Source: a virus
Lineage: Duplodnaviria; Caudoviricetes
Strand: one strand, 5' to 3'
IMG/VR virus record: IMGVR_UViG_3300048850_000008
Coordinates: 1 to 43,053 of that record
Length of the DNA stretch: 43,053 bases
Shown here: positions 1-6,788 of the stretch, one piece after another
Numbering within the stretch: position 1 is the stretch's first letter
How the letters are laid out: each line of letters starts with the position of its first letter
Notes under the pieces: model-generated
Databases searched by the model: none
What the model saw: the letters and a program-made list of their open reading frames with translations, nothing else
What the model was told of the DNA's origin: nothing
Position numbers and translations under genes: made by a program

Positions 1-50
1 CGTGTGCGTGCGCATTGCCCCGGCTGCCATGCGGTATGGGTTTCTTCCGG

Positions 51-127
51 CCGCCCTTAGCTCAGTTGGATAGAGCACTCGCCTTCTAAGCGAGCGGTCA
101 CACGTTCGAATCGTGTAGGGCGGGCCA
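51..127 (+). tRNA. tRNA-Arg, anticodon TCT (host gene, integration target)
   Basis: Acceptor stem CCGCCCT/AGGGCGG, D arm GCTCAGTTGGATAGAGC, anticodon arm CTCGC-CTTCTAA-GCGAG (TCT at 85-87), T loop TTCGAAT, encoded CCA end at 125-127. Confidence 0.97.
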
Positions 128-207
128 AGTTCCCTAGTAATCTCAAGCACTTACGCCGGATCGGCTGTCGTTGTATTCCCGCGACAAGTGCACTCAGGCC
201 ACTGCGG
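81..207 (+). repeat. 127-bp direct repeat, left copy (tRNA 3' half att core plus 80 bp phage arm)
   Basis: Identical to 42927-43053; identity starts in the anticodon stem. Confidence 0.95.
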
Positions 208-738
208 GTGTACTCAGTACTGCACTCGGCACGGGCCGAAATTTGGTTCGATTTTCCGCGGGGGTAGCGCCCCTCGCGCCCGACCCAGTTTCCCCCGTAG
301 GGGTGCCTCGGCCTGTGCCCCGCGAAATCAGCCCGCCACGGGCACCATGGGCCCTCCCGCTACCCTGGCTCATCCCTGCCGCTGATCGCCTCTCCTGCGC
401 CGTCCTGGCGCGATCCTGGGGCCATTGGCGCACTCGTACTGCACTCACATCCTGCCCGGCATGGGAAATCCCTAGGCAACACGGGGCATTCAGCCCGATG
501 AGCGCCCGCCATGCACGCAAGTGTTCACCCTGGGCGCACCAGGAAGGGCCAGGAGGCGCTATCGGGTATGGTGGCTATGCTGGCCTGGGCTGCACGCTGA
601 TCGCCTACTGTGAGCGATCCTGGCGCGTTTCTGGGTCATTCATGAGCTACGCGACGTATTGATCGTAGCTGGCGCTGGGAAATCGTGGATTTGATTGGGT
701 AGGAATGGGCGCGCATGCGTGCGGGCATCTATTTCAAA

Positions 739-789
739 CAATCTTCGCTGTAAAAGCCCTGCCGGCAATCTTCGCTGTAAACGCCTGCC
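739..789 (+). repeat. Tandem direct repeat CAATCTTCGCTGTAAA x2, 27-bp period
   Basis: Exact 16-mers at 739-754 and 766-781, each followed within a few bases by CCTGCC. Confidence 0.85.
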
Positions 790-815
790 TTCCCTGAGGA
801 TTCCACCTGCCGCAT

Positions 816-840
816 GAATTGGCACCCACTACGACACACA
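816..840 (+). promoter_or_regulatory. Phage RNA polymerase promoter, copy 1
   Basis: GAATTGGCACCCACTACGACACA; the 15-bp core GGCACCCACTACGAC recurs in three other intergenic regions; the CACTA block resembles T7 TAATACGACTCACTATA. Confidence 0.8.
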
Positions 841-1286
841 CAGAGCACATGTATCTGTTGCCGCACCCGAAGGATGCCAGGATTCCCTAGTACCCAGGAC
901 ACCACACACAGTCCACACACCACGCTGCTATCCACACAGGCACCCAGCACACACACACCCAGGGCAGACACACATCCTTGCATGTACCTACCCAGGAATG
1001 ACACACACCTACACACCAGGGTAGAGCAGGGAGTGACAGAACGGATGCACCCTGCCGGAACGACAGTACAGCCCATAGCACGTACTGGGCAGATACAGCA
1101 CAAAGCATGTATCAGGAAGCATCCCGCGTGCGCCCAGGGAATAGCACGATGAGAGGCGAAGTAATGCCGCTGTGCACTGCGTAACAAGGCAGGTGCTGGG
1201 GAGATCATGCTGCGAAGTCTCTAGGTAATCTGTTGATGTGGAGGAGCCGAAGGGTTGACGTGCTGATACATCCAAGAACAAAGTGC

Positions 1287-1315
1287 TTGACAAGGTGTAT
1301 CGACATGCGTATAGT
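1287..1315 (+). promoter_or_regulatory. Host sigma70-type early promoter
   Basis: TTGACA (1287-1292), 17-bp spacer, TATAGT (1310-1315), upstream of the early genes. Confidence 0.85.
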
Positions 1316-1531
1316 TCAACCCATCGCAGCAACAAACGGCCTAGCCTAAAGGGCAGCCAGGAGCAGCGATAACGCAATACCCGGATGTACACCCAGGCGT
1401 AAGGCCAGGGGACACGGAAGGGGATTGCAAGGTGTTAGGTGACAAGCGCACCGGACCTTGTGCAAGCGGCCAGGGGCTACAACCCTTCGGATACTTCCCA
1501 CAAGATGCAGTACAGCAGTACCCAGCAGGAC

Positions 1532-1544
1532 CGCTCTTTAACAA
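1532..1544 (+). promoter_or_regulatory. boxA antitermination element
   Basis: CGCTCTTTAACAA matches the rrn/lambdoid boxA consensus and lies about 210 nt into the early leader. Confidence 0.8.
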
Positions 1545-1554
1545 TTCGCAGCGT

Positions 1555-1931
1555 GAAAGCACTAGGCGAGAAATTGCTAGGTGCGAGTAACCGTATGAGT
1601 TCAGCGCTCACGAGATAGCGGGTAGTGCCGCAAGCTGGTTCCATGGGCTATCCACGCCTACGGATCAAGGACCCGGGATAGACCGGGTGGATACTATGGC
1701 CTTGGCAACAGGGCCATGGGATAGATGCATTGCGGCATGTGGATGGACCCGGGGTGAGTCGCGGGAACCAGGTTAGCGCCTGGGACAACGTGACAAGAGA
1801 TACCCTGGCACATGCACGCTCTGGCCGCTAAGGCGATACGCCGGCAAACGCTGGGCCGCTTGTGCGCTAACACGGCGCTCCGGCTTGCTGATACGGCGCT
1901 GGTTAACCGTAACGCAGTGCATCTATCCCAT
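1555..1931 (+). ncRNA. Candidate structured leader or non-coding RNA
   Basis: No credible ORF; 19-bp long-range stem 1716-1734/1913-1931 encloses nested helices; upstream hairpins have GAAA and GCAA tetraloops. Confidence 0.5.
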
Positions 1932-1991
1932 CGCATCAGATGGACGGCATAACGGCCGATTAGAACACACCATCATAACCGAGAGGCACAC

Positions 1992-2132
1992 ATGAAAACC
2001 ACGCTCTACGCCGCCGTCCTGGTGGCCCTGGCCGCCGCGCTGGGCGGTTGCGTTATCAATCCTGTTAAGATTGAGCACGCAACTGTAACCATTCATGCGG
2101 ACAAGGTAGCAGCCGCACAACCCAGCAAGTAG
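1992..2132 (+). CDS. Small lipoprotein, 46 aa (not in ORF track)
   Basis: GAGAGG RBS; MKTTLYAAVLVALAAALGGC-VINPVKIEHATVTIHADKVAAAQPSK has a basic N-terminus, hydrophobic core and LGGC lipobox. Confidence 0.8.
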   Translation: MKTTLYAAVLVALAAALGGCVINPVKIEHATVTIHADKVAAAQPSK

Positions 2133-2136
2133 GACA

Positions 2137-2331
2137 ATGGCAACCCGCCGCGAACTCGTAGATACGCTATGCCGCCTTACCGACATGGAACGGGAGGATG
2201 CGCTTTGGCTTATCTGTGCGATGGTGGCGGATGGCCGGATGATCCCGCTTGACAACAACGCCCAGGAATACGAGTTGCGGCAGGGCATCCGTTTGGAGGA
2301 TGTTGCCGCCGAGTACATGGCGCGAGAATAG
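2137..2331 (+). CDS. Hypothetical early protein, 64 aa
   Basis: AGGA RBS, follows the previous stop closely, plausible composition. Confidence 0.7.
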   Translation: MATRRELVDTLCRLTDMEREDALWLICAMVADGRMIPLDNNAQEYELRQGIRLEDVAAEYMARE

Positions 2332-2407
2332 CGCCACGCAGTACACACCGAAGTTCCCAACAGGTCCGTAAGGGGCCGCAATCACGCACTCGCAAGGAGC
2401 AAGCGCC

Positions 2408-2656
2408 ATGCACCATCCTGCCGTACCCAATTCCCAAACAATCCTAAGCGACGATGAATTCCAGGCCCTGACCGTGTACAAGGACCAGCACGGGCGGCAA
2501 TGGAAGGATCGCCTTGTACAGGCATGGCTAAATGACTGGCGCGAACAGTGGGGCATCCTGCGGACCGTCCGCAACACCCACGGCATACAGGAAGCGCTCG
2601 CTGCATTCGACAAGCGGGTGCAGGCGGGGAAAGCTGCCGCTAAGGTGGCGGCATGA
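2408..2656 (+). CDS. Hypothetical early protein, 82 aa
   Basis: AAGGAG RBS; stop overlaps next ATG. Confidence 0.8.
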   Translation: MHHPAVPNSQTILSDDEFQALTVYKDQHGRQWKDRLVQAWLNDWREQWGILRTVRNTHGIQEALAAFDKRVQAGKAAAKVAA

Positions 2657-2832
2657 GCCCGGCCGACTTTCGCGAGCAGACGCGCGGCGGCCAGTGCTAC
2701 CTGTTGCCGCTCGTCGGCAAGGGATGGACAGACACGGAGCGCCGCGCACTTGTCGACGACTTCCGCGCACGCGGCTATTTCGTCCGCGTCATCTCGCCCG
2801 GCCGCATCGCCATAACCGAGCTATCCACCTAA
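2653..2832 (+). CDS. Hypothetical early protein, 59 aa (not in ORF track)
   Basis: ATGA overlap with upstream gene; MSPADFREQTRGGQCYLLPLVGKGWTDTERRALVDDFRARGYFVRVISPGRIAITELST. Confidence 0.7.
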   Translation: MSPADFREQTRGGQCYLLPLVGKGWTDTERRALVDDFRARGYFVRVISPGRIAITELST

Positions 2833-2969
2833 CCCCGCAACACCCGGCCGCCCAGGCGGCCCACTAAGCAAGCGCATTCACGCAGTGCGCTTCCTTCGTG
2901 CCCGTATACCCGCACGAAAACCGGCCCGTAAGGGGTCGCTAACCCTAGCCTCGTAAGGAGCGCCACGCC

Positions 2970-3458
2970 ATGACAACCCATAAGGAATACCCGCTTTTCA
3001 CCCAGGAGAACGCCGATAAATGCCCCACCGCCCGTTTTGTGGCCGGGGTATCGCGCTGGCTCTGCGAATGCAAAGAGCCGAGCAAATGCGAGGGCGTAAT
3101 GGCGGCGCGTGGTGTGTATTCGCGCAAGGCGTACATGAATGACCCCTCACACCTTACCGGCGCACCTGCCGCCGACCGTCGCGCGGCGCACCGCAGGTAC
3201 TACGGGCAATTCGTTAGTGAAGCCACGATACGCCGAGTAGTGCAGGCCATAGGCGCGGATGCGCTGCGCAGGTCCACGGACCAGCATTTAAACGACATTC
3301 CGCTTGAGCAGTGGGACAGGCTCACTCCCCATTTGCCGCTTGCTAGGCGATTCGAGGCGGCCGGCGATTACGCCACGCTCGCCGGTCTGGTTTGCGTGGC
3401 AAAGGAAGCCGCCCGGCAATGGTTGGAGCAGCAACAGGGCGGCGGGGCGCAGTCATGA
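2970..3458 (+). CDS. Hypothetical early protein, 162 aa
   Basis: AAGGAG RBS; Cys-containing N-terminal part; globular-looking C-terminal part. Confidence 0.8.
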   Translation: MTTHKEYPLFTQENADKCPTARFVAGVSRWLCECKEPSKCEGVMAARGVYSRKAYMNDPSHLTGAPAADRRAAHRRYYGQFVSEATIRRVVQAIGADALRRSTDQHLNDIPLEQWDRLTPHLPLARRFEAAGDYATLAGLVCVAKEAARQWLEQQQGGGAQS

Positions 3459-3513
3459 GCCGCCCGAACACCCTGGATCATCCCGACCATGCAACCCGGG
3501 GCGGGGGTGAACA

Positions 3514-3699
3514 ATGACCCCGAAGCTTGAACCGCACTGCGGTAGCTGGGTGGTTACCCGCCTGATCGACGGTACAGTGATAGGGGAGTTCTTCACTAAG
3601 TCGATTGTCGAGCAATTCAACCCCAACACCTGCCGGGTTGAAACGGCCGCGCAGTACCTAGGGCGTGTCAACAGAGCTATCCGGGAGGTAGCGTCATGA
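3514..3699 (+). CDS. Hypothetical early protein, 61 aa
   Basis: GGGGGTG RBS; ATGA overlap with next gene. Confidence 0.75.
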   Translation: MTPKLEPHCGSWVVTRLIDGTVIGEFFTKSIVEQFNPNTCRVETAAQYLGRVNRAIREVAS

Positions 3700-3935
3700 G
3701 CCCCCGCCCGGACTCCCAAACTGCCCGCCTAGCGGCTCTACAGATCGGCCAGGGCTATCTGTTGCCTACGGCCCTGGACCGCTACGCGAAGGACATGCGG
3801 CAAGCAATTCCGCCGCGCACCCGCCGCCCGGCAGAGCTGGCCGGGATGGAATTCGCCGCCACCCTGTTCACCTGCGTATCCGCACGCAAGGCAGGGGATG
3901 TGCGGTACGCAATCTGGATCGAGCGGGTAGCCTGA
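3696..3935 (+). CDS. Hypothetical early protein, 79 aa (basic, possibly nucleic-acid binding)
   Basis: GGAGG RBS, ATGA coupling; function is a guess from size and charge. Confidence 0.75.
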   Translation: MSPRPDSQTARLAALQIGQGYLLPTALDRYAKDMRQAIPPRTRRPAELAGMEFAATLFTCVSARKAGDVRYAIWIERVA

Positions 3936-4151
3936 CGCGCTGCGGTAGAGCACCTTTACAGTAACTGAATTCCTGTAGCGGAGCCCGGCGCGGCCGGGTT
4001 ATGCTCCGCACCCAGGGAACCAGGGCGAAGCGCTGCGGGGCGCTTCCCCCGGGTTTCTTGCCCGCGCCATGAGGCGAACATAAAACGAGTCGGCGATACC
4101 TTTTATCCCGCCGCTCTGCAAAGGCGCACGAGCGCCACAAGGACTTATAAG

Positions 4152-4418
4152 ATGCAATTGCGACTAGTACAACCGAATGCGAAGGACCCGGTTATCCTCG
4201 AATACCGGGACCGCACGCGGATACTGTTTAGCTATGAGGCACCCGTGGCCGCTTTCGTCCCGGGTCGCGGATTCATTTGCACCAACATCGACGTATCCAA
4301 CACCACGGCCACGCGCATCCACAAGTTCGTTGGCAATGCGCCGTGCGAGCAAGTGGAGCAAGCCGAGATTTTCGGACTTATCACCCGCCATGTCCCGCCC
4401 ACTCGGGACCAGATTTAA
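4152..4418 (+). CDS. Hypothetical early protein, 88 aa
   Basis: AAGGA RBS; LFSYEAPVA and SNTT segments look like a small phage protein. Confidence 0.75.
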   Translation: MQLRLVQPNAKDPVILEYRDRTRILFSYEAPVAAFVPGRGFICTNIDVSNTTATRIHKFVGNAPCEQVEQAEIFGLITRHVPPTRDQI

Positions 4419-4830
4419 CCCGCTAGGCAGTTGAGAACGGCAGCTATAGGACCAGTCACGGACTGACCTATCACGGCCGCTTTTGGCCGCATCTAAGGCG
4501 CGTCCGCGCCGACTTCCCTCAATACTGTGCATCGGCGCATTGCTTCGGCATCGCGCCTGTTTGTGCTGCCTACTGCCTCAATCAATGACGATACAACAGC
4601 GCAACAAAGCGCGGGCGGATAACCGCGACCGTGCGGAGGGTGTACGCCTCCAGATGAAACGTAGCACTAGCGGGGCGCACTCCGCATGTTGGTTCCGCCG
4701 CACCGGGTATTACGCGGCGCTGGGCAGTACGTAAGGGAAGCACACTTTCACGGCCTCGCACCATGCGGGGCCTTGCAGTTCCTCGCAGTCCAACTGGCGG
4801 TATTACGACGCCGAAAACACCGGAGCTTTC

Positions 4831-4992
4831 ATGAGTTCGATCCGATCCGCACGTCCCCAAGCACGTCAACCCGAGCGCTGCCGCAATGTGGCCGCGTTTG
4901 CCAAATCGCTGCTGTCCCGGCGCTCCGCGCACGCGATAAGCACGCATCAGGTCCGTTCAGCGTTTGCCCGCGCAGTGGGGTACATCGCATGA
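4831..4992 (+). CDS. Hypothetical basic protein, 53 aa (not in ORF track)
   Basis: GGAG RBS; TGA overlaps the ATG at 4989. Confidence 0.55.
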   Translation: MSSIRSARPQARQPERCRNVAAFAKSLLSRRSAHAISTHQVRSAFARAVGYIA

Positions 4993-5195
4993 GCTTTCTG
5001 ACCGCCCAACTCCCCCCGCAGATTGACCCCTTCATCACCTACACGTACGACAAGAGCGGCCGCATCATCGCGGCGCATTGCACGACGGACCTAGCGGAAA
5101 CGCTCCCGACAACCCGTCGCGTGCGGGCAATCGTCGCCATGCGTCAAGCGCAGCGGGCCATCGACCACGCCCGCCTTGAATCCCTCTTTCAGTAG
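4989..5195 (+). CDS. Hypothetical protein, 68 aa
   Basis: C-terminal part of ORF 4686..5195, starting MSFLTAQ; ATGA coupling. Confidence 0.65.
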   Translation: MSFLTAQLPPQIDPFITYTYDKSGRIIAAHCTTDLAETLPTTRRVRAIVAMRQAQRAIDHARLESLFQ

Positions 5196-5203
5196 GAGCA
5201 GAC

Positions 5204-5434
5204 ATGCGAATTTTCGGCATCGTGATTACCACCGCGCGCCGCTTGGACGAGGCGAAGTCCTATGAGCGCGATGCGGGGAGGCGAGAAGGCAGCGAAGCGG
5301 GCAGGCAAGCCCAGCTTCTTGATGTGTGGTCCGCCAGCCGGCACGAGTACCCAGGCACAGCGCGCACCATCCAAGCCTTCCTGCGTGCCAACTTCGGCTA
5401 CTTCCGTTCCCAGGAGCAGACATGGACCCTATAG
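5204..5434 (+). CDS. Hypothetical protein, 76 aa
   Basis: AGGAG RBS. Confidence 0.75.
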   Translation: MRIFGIVITTARRLDEAKSYERDAGRREGSEAGRQAQLLDVWSASRHEYPGTARTIQAFLRANFGYFRSQEQTWTL

Positions 5435-5706
5435 ATTACGCGCTGGCCTGCGCAGCACCCAACGCCCAGCAAAACGAGTCGTACGTACGGCTGCTGGTCG
5501 ACGAGGTGCGCCGCCTGCGCGTTGAATTGCGCGATGCTGACGCGGACGCCGAGGAGTATCTGCGCCAGTTGAAGCTGGCGATGCACGCGAACATGCGGAA
5601 GCGCAAGCAGTTGAAGCTACAGGATGCGCAGTATCGGAGCCTGCCTGTCCCGCGCGCCGTGCGCATCATGGATCATGCCGTCTCGGATGGGCTGGGCGAT
5701 GAGTAG
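5422..5706 (+). CDS. Hypothetical coiled-coil protein, 94 aa
   Basis: AGGAG RBS before MDPIDY; heptad-like VDEVRRLRVELRDA. Confidence 0.75.
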   Translation: MDPIDYALACAAPNAQQNESYVRLLVDEVRRLRVELRDADADAEEYLRQLKLAMHANMRKRKQLKLQDAQYRSLPVPRAVRIMDHAVSDGLGDE

Positions 5707-6493
5707 CGCTGCCACCGAGGGACAACCGAAAGGCCCGAGCGGATCGGCGGATCGACATTTCTACGAGGCGGGCTATCGCAAGGGGCGTGTGGATGCCGCC
5801 AGCGAGGCCGGGGCGGTGCCGGTGGCCCACGCCGAGGATTGGAAACCCGGATTCACTGCCGCTTACTTTGACGCTTCAGTCGTCCCGGCAGGCACGGGCG
5901 TCTACGCCGCCCCGCCCGCACCTGTAGAGGCCGGAGCAGAAACAGCGATAGCCGCTATCCAGTTCGCCCTAAAGGCCGATGAGGGCATGGCGTGGTTGCG
6001 GTGCTGGAACGAGGGCGATTTCGATGCGTGCCGTAGGGAGTGGCCTGAAACGCCAGAGGAATGCTTTATCGGCGCGGACCCCTTGCACCCCGATACGCGC
6101 GCCACGCTGAACGCCGCCCCATCGGATGCGCTAGACGCGCCGGAATGTAATGGGTCACACGACGCTGGGCAGATTGGGGCCGGCGATCCTGAATGTACGG
6201 TGTGCACTGGATCGGCTGCGCAGGGCGACGAGCAAGAACCTATACCGGTTCGATACTACAAAGCCGGGGGCGTGACATACGCAGTCTACGGCAGTAGTTC
6301 CATCGACTACGTAGAGCACCTACACGCCGCCCTGTCTCGCCAGCCCGATACCGCCGCAATCCTGTACCTGCTGGACCGCGCCGAACAGGTGGCCGAGGAC
6401 GGCTACCAGACTACCGGCGACGAGTACGAAATGCTCCGGCGCGCTGCTGCCGCAGTCCGCGCTTCCCTGCAAGTCCAACCTGAAGGAACTTGA
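5699..6493 (+). CDS. Mosaic hypothetical protein, 264 aa
   Basis: Starts MSSAATEG overlapping the previous stop; short modules joined by Ala/Pro linkers. Confidence 0.7.
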   Translation: MSSAATEGQPKGPSGSADRHFYEAGYRKGRVDAASEAGAVPVAHAEDWKPGFTAAYFDASVVPAGTGVYAAPPAPVEAGAETAIAAIQFALKADEGMAWLRCWNEGDFDACRREWPETPEECFIGADPLHPDTRATLNAAPSDALDAPECNGSHDAGQIGAGDPECTVCTGSAAQGDEQEPIPVRYYKAGGVTYAVYGSSSIDYVEHLHAALSRQPDTAAILYLLDRAEQVAEDGYQTTGDEYEMLRRAAAAVRASLQVQPEGT

Positions 6494-6759
6494 TGACGCC
6501 TGCCGCAGTAACCGCATTCTCCCTTGCGTACGCAGTTGCCATGCTGAAGCACCATAAGGACGGCACAAAGCCGCCGCCTGCGGTTGACCACGTAGCGAAG
6601 GCAGTACAAGCCGCAGCGTGCATGGCCCGCATCAACCGCGTGCCGGCCAGTAACCCCGGGCATCCCCGCCACCTCCGCAAGGGTGCGTACAGCGCGCGGC
6701 AGTGGCGCATCTGCACCCGCAAGTCGCACGACCTCCGCATGTTCGGCGCATCCGCCTAA
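6493..6759 (+). CDS. Hypothetical basic protein, 88 aa
   Basis: AAGGA RBS; TGATG overlap. Confidence 0.65.
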   Translation: MTPAAVTAFSLAYAVAMLKHHKDGTKPPPAVDHVAKAVQAAACMARINRVPASNPGHPRHLRKGAYSARQWRICTRKSHDLRMFGASA

Positions 6760-6788
6760 ACCCAGCAGTCCAACCAACCGAGGGAACT

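Noticed and set aside
739-1020. CRISPR-like array
   Set aside because: Only two 16-bp repeats with an 11-bp gap, irregular CA tracts, and no cas genes
171-1562. ORFs in the left control region (171..662, 729..1208, 814..1152, 1009..1392) as a possible repressor
   Set aside because: Low-complexity translations driven by CA repeats, no HTH pattern, and they overlap promoters and att arm motifs
1555-1645. tRNA-like or hammerhead element in the leader (GTTC loop, GGTTCCA)
   Set aside because: No cloverleaf could be built and no CUGANGA/GAAA core in the correct arrangement
2249-2280. TTGACA inside gene 2137..2331 as a promoter
   Set aside because: No acceptable -10 hexamer at 16-18 bp spacing
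5194-5424. Identical AGGAGCAGACATG before two adjacent genes
   Set aside because: Short and mostly RBS plus start codon; not enough to call a separate element
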